From Tubiluchus corallicola (Eukaryota > Animalia > Priapulida): a stretch of 64,000 nucleotides of DNA. Made by a program: the position numbers and the translations under genes. Positions 1 through 11,204 of the stretch are shown here, piece after piece. Under the pieces are notes generated by a model. That model was not told the origin of the DNA and made no database searches. It saw only the letters and a program-made list of their open reading frames with translations. The stretch lies in assembly GCA_030141605.1 (NCBI GenBank), contig JAQGDQ010000119.1:1-64000 (forward strand). Direction: 5' to 3'. Each line of letters starts with the position of its first letter. The first letter of the stretch is position 1.

Positions 1-2
1 AT

Positions 3-1553
3 GATGCTGTTAGAACAGCCACATTATTGACCGTTTTGGGTCCTGAGTGTGTGGAAATTTTTGATGGACTAGAATTTGAAAATGAGGCAGACAAAACAAA
101 TGTTGCAATGGTTCTACAAAAATTTGAAGCATTTTGTGTCGGAGAAACTAATGAAACTTACGAACGATATTGTTTTAATAAACGCGATCAAAATCCTGGT
201 GAAACAATCGATGCCTATGTCTCATCTTTGCGCACACTAGCCAAAAGGTGTAATTACGGCAATCTAACTGAGAGTCTGATACGGGATCGGATAATCCTAG
301 GCATAACTGGCAATATTACTCGTAAGCGACTACTGCAAGAGTCGAAACTAACATTGAGTAGCTGCATAACTATTTGTCGCTCGTTTGCTGAGTCTGCAAG
401 TCAACTTAAAGATATAAAGGCTGAACAAGCCTCGTACTCTGAACAAGTGCAAGCTGTCAAACCCAAAACTCATAAAGGTAGTGCTAGTAAAGCCACGGGT
501 GCTAAGAAAAAGGTGATTGACTGTCACTTCTGTGGGCATAAGCATGAATGGGACAAAAGTAAATGTCCTGCTTATGGCAAAACATGTAACATTTGCCATG
601 GAAGAAATCATTTTCAGTCTATGTGCAAATCTAGAGGTAGAACTGACACTCGTGCAAAATCATTTCTGTCGAGAAGAGGCCAAAGTGTCTTTGGCATGGC
701 AAACTGTGAGGAAAAGTCGAATGAGTATATGATTGGAACTGTAACTCATACTGTTCATGCTACTGAACAGTGTACCACACAACAGCCTCAGATTTACAGT
801 GAATGGCTTATGGAGGGTACACCTACGATTTTTCAGATTGACTGTGGGGCCAGTATAAACATTATACCTGAAAGACTTGTGCCACATCACTTGTGTGATA
901 AACTTGCTACTGTAAACACTGTGTTAGAAATGTGGAACAAAACTAAAATAAGTCCCATTGGGCAAGTCAGATTGCCAATTGTAAATCCAAGGAATAAGAA
1001 AAGTTACTCTGTGAACTTTTTGGTCGTAAACGAAAATTATGTACCATTGTTAGGTTCGTGTGCTTCACAGCAAATGAAGCTTATTATTGTAAATGAAAAT
1101 AACTTCAAAAGGGTTGAATCAGCCAATGTTGCTAATATGTTGTGTAGTGATAGCAGTACTAGGCCTACAGTACATGTTTCAGATGTTTGTAGTGTTGCTG
1201 ATTGTAATGCTTTACTAACTGAATTTTCTGATATTTTTAGTGAGGTACCAGGAGAATTCCCTGGATGTGTAAGTTTGAAAATTGATCCTACTGTACCGCC
1301 AGTTGTTCAACCATGTAGGCGACTTCCTTATAACATGCGAGATAAATTTAAAGCTGAACTTGACAGACTCGAACAAAACAACATCATTGAACGTGTAGAC
1401 CACCCTACTGACTGGGTTAACGCTTACACAACTGCTACTAAACGTTTGGGCAGTATCAGAATCTGCTTGGATCCTAAACCACTGAATAAGGCTATCAGAC
1501 GAGAAATCTACCATATTCCTACAATGGAGGAGCTTACTCCTAGACTTATTTAA
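3..1553 (+). CDS. Gag + aspartic protease + N-terminal RT fragment (open from window edge; stopped by the duplication junction)
   Basis: Two Cys/His knuckles (CHFCGHKHEWDKSKC, CNICHGRNHFQSMC), protease motif FQIDCGAS, RT start IRICLDPKPLN; TAA at 1551-1553. Confidence 0.88.
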   Translation, partial: DAVRTATLLTVLGPECVEIFDGLEFENEADKTNVAMVLQKFEAFCVGETNETYERYCFNKRDQNPGETIDAYVSSLRTLAKRCNYGNLTESLIRDRIILGITGNITRKRLLQESKLTLSSCITICRSFAESASQLKDIKAEQASYSEQVQAVKPKTHKGSASKATGAKKKVIDCHFCGHKHEWDKSKCPAYGKTCNICHGRNHFQSMCKSRGRTDTRAKSFLSRRGQSVFGMANCEEKSNEYMIGTVTHTVHATEQCTTQQPQIYSEWLMEGTPTIFQIDCGASINIIPERLVPHHLCDKLATVNTVLEMWNKTKISPIGQVRLPIVNPRNKKSYSVNFLVVNENYVPLLGSCASQQMKLIIVNENNFKRVESANVANMLCSDSSTRPTVHVSDVCSVADCNALLTEFSDIFSEVPGEFPGCVSLKIDPTVPPVVQPCRRLPYNMRDKFKAELDRLEQNNIIERVDHPTDWVNAYTTATKRLGSIRICLDPKPLNKAIRREIYHIPTMEELTPRLI

Positions 1554-2226
1554 GACTTGTGCCACATCACTTGTGTGATAAACTTGCTACTGTAAACACT
1601 GTGTTAGAAATGTGGAACAAAACTAAAATAAGTCCCATTGGGCAAGTCAGATTGTCAATTGTAAATCCAGTGAATAAGAAAAGTTACTCTGTGAACTTTT
1701 TGGTCGTAAACGAAAATTATGTACCATTGTTAGGTTCTTGTGCTTCACAGCAAATGAAGCTTATTACTGTAAATGAAAATAACTTCAAAAGGGTTGAATC
1801 AGCCAATGTTGCTAATATGTTGTGTAGTGATAGCAGTACTAGGCCTACAGTACATGTTTCAGATGTTTGTAGTGTTGCTGATTGTAATGCTTTACTAACT
1901 GAATTTTCTGATATTTTCAGTGAGGTACCAGGAGAATTCCCTGGATGTGTAAGTTTGAAAATTGATCCTACTGTACCGCCAGTTGTTCAACCATGTAGGC
2001 GACTTCCTTATAACATGCGAGATAAATTTAAAGCTGAACTTGACAGACTCGAACAAAACAACATCATTGAACGTGTAGACCACCCTACTGACTGGGTTAA
2101 CGCTTACACAACTGCTACTAAACGTTTGGGCAGTATCAGAATCTGCTTGGATCCTAAACCACTGAATAAGGCTATCAGACGAGAAATCTACCATATTCCT
2201 ACAATGGAGGAGCTTACTCCTAGACT
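872..2226 (+). repeat. Tandem duplication inside gag-pol: 872-1546 and 1552-2226, separated by TATTT
   Basis: Two 675-bp copies, period 680, six mismatches by direct comparison. Confidence 0.95.
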
Positions 2227-4603
2227 GTGCAATGCGAAGCTCTTTTCTACTTTCGATGTGACAAGTGGGTTTCATCACATGAAGCTAGACGAAAAGACTA
2301 AAGATCTAACAACATTTGATACTCCGTTCGGTAGATATCGTTATACTAGAGCTCCGTTTGGGATTTCGGCTTGGCCTGAGATTTTTCAGAAGAAAATGGA
2401 TGAGCAAATACAACGCCTAAAAGGAATAGAAGACTTCCACGATGACGTACTAATTTATGGTTGTGGTGCTACCATTACAGAAGCCGGTGTTGACCATGAC
2501 AACAAACTTAGAGCATTCTTTGAACGATGTCGTGAAAGAAATATAAAACTGAATCCAGATAAAAGTCAGATTCGACGTAGTGAAGTGCGATACCACGGGC
2601 ATATTCTGAGTGCTAATGGTATTAAAGCTGACCCCGACAAGGTCGTAGCGGTGCAAAATATGCCAGCTCCAATCGATAAGACGGGAGTAAGAAGACTGTG
2701 TGGTTTTGTCAATTACCTGGCAAAGTTTTTGCCTATGCTTTCTGAAGTCTTAAAACCTATTAGTAACCTAATGTCTGACAAAACAGAATTCAGATGGAAC
2801 TCTGAACAAGAAGAGGCATTTGTACAGGTTAAAAAGCTCATAACTACGTCTCCCGTGCTCAGATATTACAACCCAGATGAAGAACTCACTCTGCAATGTG
2901 ACAGCAGTCAGTCAGGCTTAGGTGCATGTCTAATGCAGAATGGTCAACCAGTTGCGTTCGCCTCTCGAACTTTGACTGCAACCGAACAGAACTATGCGCA
3001 ACTTGAAAAGGAAATGCTGAGTCTAATTTTTGGTATTCAAAAGTTTGACCACTACTGCTACGCTCGTAAAGTAAAGCTGGAAACTGATCACAAGCCTCTT
3101 GAATCCATACTCAAGAAGAGCATACTTAGTGCTCCTAAGAGAATACAGCGCATGATGTTGGTGCTGCAGAACTATGATGTTGAAGTAGTATATAGGAAAG
3201 GAGCAACCATGCTGATGGCTGACACCTTGTCTCGTGCTTCTCTCCCCGAGACTGATGACATTGCTTTAGAATTTGAAACTGTACGTGCTTTGGAATACGT
3301 ACCTGCTACTTTTAAAGATGAGAAACTTGAATTGCTCAAAGTGGCTACAGTGACCGATCCAGAGATGAAAGCTTTGCAAACTATGATTAGGTCTGGCTGG
3401 CCTTGCAAAGTATCTGAGGTACAACCAGATCTACGGCAATACTTTAATTATAGAGATGAACTGGCAATAAATGAAGGTTTGATATTTAAAGGTGAGAGAA
3501 TTGTATACCCACCAAGCGAAAGGCTGTCTTTCATTAGAATGGTTCATGCTAGCCACCTGGGAATACAAGGCTGCTTGCGAAGAGCACGTGAAGTTGTATT
3601 CTGGCCTCGGATGAACGCTGATTTTGAATCTTGCATTCAAAAGTGTGAAATCTGTAATGCATATCCACGGTCACAGCAAAAGGAGGAATTGATTCCACAA
3701 ATTGCAACTCGACCATGGCAGATTGTAGGAAGTGATCTGTGTGAGGTAAATAATACTGATTATCTCATAACTGTTGACTATTATTCCAACTTCTTCGAAA
3801 TAGACAAGCTTGAATCAAAAGAAGCTAGAACAGTCATAACAAAGTTGAAAGCACATTTTTCTCGGCATGGAATACCAGAAATGCTCCGTTCTGATAATGT
3901 GCCATTTGATTCTCAAGAGTTTAAAACTTTTGCTAAAATTTATGGCTTCCAGCATGAAACTTCTTCACCGAGGTATCCAAAATCAAATGGCAAAGTTGAG
4001 AATGCTGTCAACACTGCTAAGCGTTTGATGAAGAAAGCACTAGTTGCAAAAGAAGACCCATACTTGTCTCTATTGGCTTATAGAAATACACCAGCGGAAG
4101 GTCTTAATGCATCACCAGCTCAACGATTGTTTGGAAGACGGACACGAACTACTCTACTAATGCCATCTTCCTTGCTAGAGCCGAAACTTGTGCCAAATAC
4201 TAGAGAGAAAATCATTGCTCAGAAGGATCGCCAAGCTACATATTACAACCAACAGGCGAAACCTTTGATTCAATTAATGGTTGGGAATGTTGTACGTATG
4301 GACCCTCTACGAAAAGGGAAGATGTGGGAGAAAGCTATAGTGATACGGAAGATTGGTGAAAGGTCTTACCTTGTAAAGACTGAAAGTGGAACCGTGTACA
4401 GAAGAAACAGAGTTCATCTGCGCAAGACGTCTGAGACTTATATAGATGAATCTGTATACTGCCCATACGACAACATGAGACAGAAACAAGACGTGATACC
4501 AGACAGACTTAACGATAACAGACAGAGGAATGATAACGAGATTAGAACACGTTCTGGTAGGCGAATTCAGAGACCTAAGTTTCTTAATGATTATGTTACC
4601 TAG
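1559..4603 (+). CDS. Pol: partial protease, reverse transcriptase, RNase H, integrase
   Basis: Uninterrupted 1014 aa; RT APFG...FHDDVLI, RNase H LQCDSS...YAQLEKE...TDHKPL, integrase HASH...CEIC and GSD/RSDN/GKVEN (DDE). Confidence 0.92.
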   Translation: MPHHLCDKLATVNTVLEMWNKTKISPIGQVRLSIVNPVNKKSYSVNFLVVNENYVPLLGSCASQQMKLITVNENNFKRVESANVANMLCSDSSTRPTVHVSDVCSVADCNALLTEFSDIFSEVPGEFPGCVSLKIDPTVPPVVQPCRRLPYNMRDKFKAELDRLEQNNIIERVDHPTDWVNAYTTATKRLGSIRICLDPKPLNKAIRREIYHIPTMEELTPRLCNAKLFSTFDVTSGFHHMKLDEKTKDLTTFDTPFGRYRYTRAPFGISAWPEIFQKKMDEQIQRLKGIEDFHDDVLIYGCGATITEAGVDHDNKLRAFFERCRERNIKLNPDKSQIRRSEVRYHGHILSANGIKADPDKVVAVQNMPAPIDKTGVRRLCGFVNYLAKFLPMLSEVLKPISNLMSDKTEFRWNSEQEEAFVQVKKLITTSPVLRYYNPDEELTLQCDSSQSGLGACLMQNGQPVAFASRTLTATEQNYAQLEKEMLSLIFGIQKFDHYCYARKVKLETDHKPLESILKKSILSAPKRIQRMMLVLQNYDVEVVYRKGATMLMADTLSRASLPETDDIALEFETVRALEYVPATFKDEKLELLKVATVTDPEMKALQTMIRSGWPCKVSEVQPDLRQYFNYRDELAINEGLIFKGERIVYPPSERLSFIRMVHASHLGIQGCLRRAREVVFWPRMNADFESCIQKCEICNAYPRSQQKEELIPQIATRPWQIVGSDLCEVNNTDYLITVDYYSNFFEIDKLESKEARTVITKLKAHFSRHGIPEMLRSDNVPFDSQEFKTFAKIYGFQHETSSPRYPKSNGKVENAVNTAKRLMKKALVAKEDPYLSLLAYRNTPAEGLNASPAQRLFGRRTRTTLLMPSSLLEPKLVPNTREKIIAQKDRQATYYNQQAKPLIQLMVGNVVRMDPLRKGKMWEKAIVIRKIGERSYLVKTESGTVYRRNRVHLRKTSETYIDESVYCPYDNMRQKQDVIPDRLNDNRQRNDNEIRTRSGRRIQRPKFLNDYVT

Positions 4604-4717
4604 TTTGAGTATTAATAACCTTGATGTTGACCTTTAATTTTGTGACCTTGATATCTGCCTGCATTGATGTTTTTCAGTTTAGTTGGTCTACGTTACTTAC
4701 TTTTAAAACGAAGAGGA

Positions 4718-4933
4718 TGTGACGTGTTCTTATCTGTGGCTAACAGTTTAATGTTTGGTCTTACTAAGATTTCCCTTATTTATTTAATCGGGCTCACCAC
4801 GAGGTAGAAGTTACGTAATATGGGATTTGCTTTGTTCATGATTATCTAAACTGATGCTCTTTTAATAAACGTTTGTTTTAGTATTCACTAATTATTAAAC
4901 TGTTGTGGCTGTATCTTGCAAACGTAAATTGCA
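4718..4933 (+). repeat. 3' LTR (~216 bp) of the Gypsy element
   Basis: Starts TGT right after the PPT, has AATAAA at 4864-4869, ends TGCA where similarity to the 18156-18758 MITE begins. The 5' LTR is not in the window. Confidence 0.75.
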
Positions 4934-5287
4934 GCGGATAAGCCGGTGACAGATTCAAAGCAAAACCGCTATGCTAACATATTAGGGCATATGATAAACA
5001 TACTGTACCTGCTTACATGTACTTAACGTGGTTGTTTCTATGTATATTTAGGGCACAAAAGCCAAGCAAAGATGACATAAAATCAGTAAAAGCTCTTTGG
5101 ATACAAAGAGAAGTGCCTTATTTTGAGTATGTGAAGGAGAAATATTGAATAAATTATGCAGAGTTATTTGAGTTAGTTGCCAACAGTTTTTATGTACATT
5201 TGAATAGAAGCGGCCCATTCCAGGCATTTTTGAGTCAATTAAGCGACTGAGTCTATTAACCGTGAGTCTGTTAAGCGGTGTCTACTG
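4934..5287. mobile_element. Right half of a pogo/Tigger-like MITE interrupted by the Gypsy element
   Basis: Colinear with ~18442-18758; ends GTGAGTCTGTTAAGCGGTGTCTACTG+TA, the reverse complement of the 18156 left end. Confidence 0.8.
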
Positions 5288-5628
5288 TAGTTACATTTGT
5301 AATGCATGACTCCCATCACTGAAGCTTTGATACGCTAATTAAAACACAGTAGATAACAAATCATATTCAGTAAAAGGAGTTTTGAAAGGCCATGCCCAGT
5401 AACCCCTAGGTGAGGATGGTCAATTGTTGTTCAACAGTGCTGCACTCTACTGCTACCCATACTACAATTATAAGTTTAAAATTACATAAATTAACAGTGG
5501 CAGTTAACTATTTTTAATTTTTGTAAGTAGTTGTAAATATGTTTTATTTTAAGCCATCATTAAATTTTGTTTCTACTCGTTTCGGGTTATGTATGTATGT
5601 ATATGTATATGTGTGTGTGTGTGTGTGT

Positions 5629-6262
5629 GTGCATGCAAACCAAAACCGTCCATAGGTCAGCATAGTTAAAACTTTGTTATTATAGCTAAAATTAGAATGT
5701 ACGAAAAATTTGGTCAAATGTCATTTTTTTGCTTTTTATAAAAACAAATGCTAAATATATTGGATCATTGTATTCTAACATCAAATTATCAAGAAAATAT
5801 ATTCAAAAAATACAAAAAAATCTAATTTTGTAACTCTGTACCCATTTTCATGCTAGAAACTAGTACTGCAACTGTAAAAAGAACTTGTATTTTCAAACTC
5901 TGATAGTAGCTTCTGGAAGCAGTCATGTTCAGGTTTTTTCTGTTGCCAAGTCTTGATATTCGTCTGGAAGTGCCATCTACTGGATTGGAACATAACTTCA
6001 ATGTGCTCTTGCAAAGTCCATAGCAACCAACATTTGTGCGGTTGCTAAGTGTTTTGTAGAAATACGACAAAAAACAATGGCTAACTTTAACAGGGATTTT
6101 CTCAAGATCTCACAGCTTCAACGTGGATTATCTCAGCTTAGAAATAACATAGAGTGATGAGCTTAGTATCAAAATGATCCTCATGAAATGGAGATTCAGG
6201 ATATGTGAATAACTAGAAGAACTTAATTGCAGACTTATGGACAATTTTGCTATGACATATAT
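5629..6262. mobile_element. Dispersed ~630-bp non-autonomous TIR element (family D)
   Basis: Imperfect ~30-bp TIRs (CAAAA..GTCCATA.GTCAGC); related copies at ~13914-14516, ~15720-16052 (partial), ~20245-20887 (inverted) and a fragment at 9813-9923. Confidence 0.75.
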
Positions 6263-6545
6263 ACATTTTTAATTACTCTCTATGTTTCCATTTTGTGATG
6301 TTGCCAACACCACCATTCGGAAACTCTCCAGAAAATGGTTGTGCAGCTACTGGAACTTTACTAAATTATGTTTAACTTTGACTAGCATTTTGTCTACTTT
6401 TAGTTCACTTTGGTCGAACAGCATGTTGCAAATATGCTGGAAAAGCTGCCGGAATTCAAAGACAGCTGCAACACATTCTTGAAACAAGCACAGGACATTA
6501 ATGCAAGGTGAATTAGTGAATTTTGTGGTTTCTTTTTTACAGATA

Positions 6546-7240
6546 CTGTAATTCCTCACTTACCTACCCTAATGCATTACAGCAAAATACATTGTTAAGC
6601 GAAACATCGTAAAACAGACCAGAACTTCCATAGAAAGTAAAGTAAAAGAACTGAGACGCGTTCCAGAAGCAAAAATCGACCCTACTGTTATACTTAATTC
6701 ATATAAATTAAACGTTTAATGAGTTTTATTTATGTTTTTAATGATTAATTTCGTTCGGCTTGCTTGAAACCACATGTCTTTCTTCCCAATACGTAGCTAG
6801 CGGTTCCTCTTTCCTTAACGTTAAAACCCTAATCCAGTTACTGGTTGAACACTGCATAATAAAAGTCAAGCTGTAGGGAGACCTTGCGATAATTTCGTCT
6901 ACATACTGGCTGTTACAGCAACTGTTTACAGGCAAGACTCCTAAAATTCATGCAACATGTATAGATCTCGCATTATACAAATGACTAGCATTTAGCAGTC
7001 TGTTTGGAAAGCAAAAACGTAAATAATTGTATTGTTTTACATTACTAGTAATACAACAGGTACGTTTTTAATGCTTCAAATTAGAAACAATGTTGTTGAT
7101 AAAATAAAAAAATGACTGAGAAATCTAAAAAATCATTATTAGAGTAAAATATGCATCTTTAAGTAAGAATAAGGTATCATATCTTTAGCGCATTAAAACA
7201 AAACATCGCTAAACGAGTAGTCGTTAAGCAAGGATTTATC
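6546..7240. mobile_element. Tigger/pogo-like MITE (family B), diverged
   Basis: Inverted homologue of 30514-31228; ends resemble CAGTAAGTCCTC.CTTAACGAC. Confidence 0.6.
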
Positions 7241-7661
7241 TTATGGGTTTTTGAGATTGCTTAAATGCTGAACATTGCATGTTGTTTGAGAAATCTAGCA
7301 TAACAAAATGATCAAGTTTATGTAAAATAAAATGCACATGTGATTGGTTTGCAGTAGGTTCAATACTTCGTAGGGCGATGTTTTAGCTTCACAAAGAAAA
7401 ATGAGTTTGCTTAAAGTGCCTACAAGCTGAACTGAATGACTTGTCTCCTTTGCTTCTTGTTCATGTGTGAGCTGCTATCTAATTGTGCTGTTTAGGAACT
7501 AATCTGAGCTACATTACTTAGAGAAAGGTGTGTGGAATATCGCAGCACAACTTTGTTTTCTGATGAAAAAAGTTTTTTGGTCAAAAAAATTTTGTTTTAG
7601 CCTATTTCACAGCATTGTTGCATAAACAGGCATAACACCGCAAATTTTGTATATACTGCAA

Positions 7662-8266
7662 AATCTCATGATATGGTATGTGTATTGATGTGATGCTCAT
7701 GTTGTGGTACTTGTATTGATGTGATACTCATGATGTTGTACATGTATTGTTGTGATACTCATGATGTGGTACATGTATTGATGTGATACTCATGATGTTG
7801 TACATGTATTGATGTGATACTCACGATGTGGTACATGTATTGTTGTGATATTCATGATGTGGTACATGTATTGATGCGATACTCATGATGTTGTACATGT
7901 ATTGATGTGATACTCATGATGTGGTACATGTATTGATATGATACTCACGATGTGGTACATGTATTGTTGTGATACTCATGATGAGGTACATGTATTGATG
8001 TGATACTCATGATGTGGTACATGCACTGATGTGATACTCACGATGTGGTACATGTATTGATATGATACTAACGATGTGGTACATTATTGTTGTGATACTC
8101 ATGATGAGGTACATGTATTGATGTGATACTCATGATGTGGTACATGCACTGATGTGATACTCACGATGTGGTACATGTATTGATATGATATTCATGATAT
8201 GGTACATGTATTGATGTGATACAGAAGATGTAGTACATGTATTGATGTGATACTCATGATGTGGTA
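7662..8266. repeat. 31-bp minisatellite, ~19 copies
   Basis: Unit TGATGTGATACTCATGATGTGGTACATGTAT. Confidence 0.93.
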
Positions 8267-8292
8267 AATTTTGGTATTGTGTTTTTGTTCAA

Positions 8293-9253
8293 AGCACTTA
8301 AACCTTTCATTTACATAAAGCTTTAAAAATCATCTTGAAATTTTATACAACTTACATGCTGTCTTACTGGATATGGGCTTATGTTAGCAGCAACGCTGTA
8401 TAAAACTTGTAAATTTAAACTCCCACAATGACCGTTAGATGCAGCCATTTTGACAATAAATCATTTGAAACAAATTTAGATAACATTGCTTAAAGTTTGC
8501 ATAGCATTCGTAGCATACTCTTCACTATCTAAGTAAAAGATTAAATTGCCTTATCTTGTAGTGAGATTGAAAATAGGTTTCTTGGCGAGTGAGTGGTGCA
8601 CACTGGGAAGGTGAGTTAACCATATTTTACAAATTGGCTTTACCAATTATTAACACATTTTTTCCACTTACATAAGTTCAGGGTTCCCACGTTGAGAGAA
8701 AATCCTGGAAAGTCCTTGAAAATCCGGGCTATCCTGGAAAGTCATGGAAAAGTCAGGAAAAAAGATAATTTGATAAAAAGTCAGGGAAATGATGGAAACG
8801 GGGCAAAAAGTCAGGGAAATTGGAGAGGGTTGCAAAAATAATCACTGTGAACTGATATTTCTCCAAACATATATTTCAGCGATTCTTGTTCAAACAAAAT
8901 TTTGCTATGACAGGCTCCCAGTTTCGATTTGTATTCCAAACATAATGATTGGATTAAGAAAGTTTATTTAATGTGATTAGTGTAATTTCTTTAGCACTAC
9001 TGCAACTGTGCCGATACATTACATATCAGTATATGTAAGAATGTCCCCGCACAAAAATGTTTGAATATGTATACTGGTAATGATATTTCTGCTTGCCTTG
9101 GTTATTGAAAATCAGTATCTGGTCAGGGAATAGTCATTTTAAAATTCTGTGGGAATCCTAAATTAAGTCTTTCAAGCAGGTAAGCATAACGGTAAGTTAT
9201 ACAAGTTTACATGGAAAGTTTTTTGAGATATTAAAATTCCCTTTCCTTCCCCT
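8293..9253. mobile_element. Family C (Kolobok-like) element with a nested hAT-like MITE at 8679-9160
   Basis: Colinear with 34240-34720 on both sides of an insert bounded by CAGGGTTCCCAC...GTGGGAATCCTA and rich in AAAGTCAGGGAA subterminal repeats; ends CCCT+TTAA. Confidence 0.7.
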
Positions 9254-9332
9254 TTAAGTACTCCTGTCTTGTTATGACCATGGCTACCAAACTAAAAGTA
9301 CTTGTGTGGATAATGACCGTTTACTGTTACAG

Positions 9333-9504
9333 TCGACGGATGAATACGCTGACGCTGAGTCGACACACGCAGATATTAGAAGTGCTAGAAGTACCACAGC
9401 TCATAGACACGTGCGTACGTAACGGCTATTACGAAGAGGCGCTGGAACTAGCTGCCTACGTTAAACGCCTGGAGAAGAAACATGAGAACATCCCTGTTGT
9501 TATG
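9333..9504 (+). CDS. COG8: COG8 (conserved oligomeric Golgi complex subunit 8, Dor1 family), first exon in window
   Basis: RRMNTLTLSRHTQILEVLEVPQLIDTCVRNGYYEEALELAAYV matches COG8; ttacag| and |gtaact splice sites. Confidence 0.93.
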
Positions 9505-9933
9505 GTAACTGACAGTACTGATAATAATTTAGATTACGTAGGTGTGCTGTCGAGTGCTTATGACCCTTTAACCTGGCAGTTCAGTCCTGCCCATCCCTTT
9601 ATTATTGATTATATTATGATTATTTATTATGGAGCTCAAGTATACAATTGTTTGTGGTGTATTAATAGCATGATTATCTGCATGGTTGTTGCTAATTACA
9701 TATGTTTGCATAGCTCTTATATTTAAATCAGGCTGTGTAACTACTTGTGGTGTAGTACGTTTTATGAAATAAATGTGCTTTTATATTACAGTGGGCAAAA
9801 AATACTTTAAGTATAACTTCAATCTGCCCTTGTAATGTTCGTAGCAACCAACATTTGCGCGGTTGCTAAGTGGTTTGTAGAAACGTGACAAACAACAATG
9901 GCTGACTTTAACAGGGATTTTCTTATTTCACAG

Positions 9934-10147
9934 GACATCGTGAATGAAGTCAAGGCATCTGTAACCCTCATGCTGAACCAGCTCATTCAGCAACTCCGTA
10001 CGAACGTTCAACTGCCAGCCTGCTTGAAAGTGATTGGCTACTTGCGGCGCATGGACGTCTTTACCGAACCGGAGTTGCGCATCAAGTTCCTTCAAGCCAG
10101 AGACGGATGGTTCCGCGGCATACTGGCAGCCATCCGGACTGATGATC
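9934..10147 (+). CDS. COG8: COG8 exon
   Basis: IVNEVK...[38 protein letters not shown]; cacag| and |gtaagt; phase 0 to 1. Confidence 0.94.
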
Positions 10148-10187
10148 GTAAGTTATAGAGTATCGTGACTTCTGGTTTTGTTAGATA

Positions 10188-11200
10188 ATTGGAAAAGCAC
10201 TCAGTAAAGCAGTGACCTCTGCCAAGCATACTTTACAGTAGTGCATCACTGCTTAACTTAAAGCAAAACCGGACTCAATCCTAAACTGTAGGTCAAAACA
10301 ATCTACTCTTTAAAATATTGAAAGGAAACATACTCGTTTTTCAAAAATGACTCACGTGAAAGAATTATTACCACACAAGTACAAATTCACATTCGCGCCA
10401 CTAGTTCCCCGCTGTTACATGCATTTCACCATTCACTAGTTAGATGGGCACTATCGCCTGCATTTCGAAAGTACATTGCACAAAAGACAGGTGCTGTACT
10501 TCTCAGTTCAGATGTGTTAGTTTTCTGAAGAACTACACACCTACGACATCTGATGCGTGAACACCGGCAGTAAATTTGAAGCTTGAATTTTGGTTAAAAT
10601 TCTCCTACTGTCGCGTTTTACACCGTTACCCACAATCAGCTTTCTCTTATTTTCGATAAGTTCACCTAAAACTTGCATGTCAAACTTGATTCAATGACAC
10701 TTTATTTTCAAAGGCAAAGATGTGATATTGTGACAATGGTTTTACAGCGTCCTTGTCACTTCCAGGTGAGATTTCCCAGAAATATAACCTAGTAATAATT
10801 CCTAATCATTCATCCTGTACGAGATGTTTAGTAGCCCAGTTTCCCCTCTTTCCAAGGAGGTATCAAACTTCCTGAAGACCCTCATGAGTTGCTTTCCTAT
10901 GTTCTGTTCGTCAAGTTTCGTAAAAAAATGGCGCAAAAAATGCTCATTTTAGTGATCTTTTGTCCCCTGTTCCTCTTGGACGTCCCAAGACTCCACCAAG
11001 AATTGAAGGTGGTGTTCCTCCTCGCATGCCCCACCCCTCCCACAATGTCTTGCAGAAATCGGCTGAGTAGATTAAATTTGCATAAGTCCTCCCAGACATC
11101 CCAAAACTGCACCAAAATTGAAAGTGTTGTTCCTCCTCACGTGCCTCTCCCGCAAAGTTTTGCAGAAATCAACGAAGTAGTTTAAATTTGAGTAATCCTA
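10188..11200 (+). mobile_element. Probable non-autonomous Helitron/Helentron-like element carrying a family A fragment (10262-~10600)
   Basis: Start ATTGGAAAAGCACTCAGTAAAGCAGTGACCTCTGCCAAG and internal repeated TGTTCCTCCTC.C.TGCC...TTGCAGAAATC units resemble animal Helitron-N/HINE elements (recognised from memory). Confidence 0.5.
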
Positions 11201-11204
11201 TTAA

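Larger units (their letters stand above)
1..4933 (+). mobile_element. Ty3/Gypsy (Mag-like) LTR retrotransposon, 5' part outside the window
   Basis: Domain order Gag-PR-RT-RNaseH-IN; polypurine tract AAAACGAAGAGGA (4705-4717) followed by a TG...CA LTR; host MITE sequence resumes at 4934. Confidence 0.93.

Noticed and set aside
1544-1560. Programmed -1 frameshift linking Gypsy ORF1 and ORF2
   Set aside because: Overlap is only ~10 nt (CTT ATT TAA) with no X XXY YYZ slippery heptamer; the duplication explains the split.
5371-5409. Possible upstream COG8 mini-exon (cag|...ag|gtgagg)
   Set aside because: The open frame (KRSFERPCPVTP) shows no COG8 similarity.
7662-8266. CRISPR-like appearance of the 31-, 35-, 42- and 45-bp arrays
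   Set aside because: Units are head-to-tail with no unique spacers, there are no cas genes, and the context is eukaryotic.
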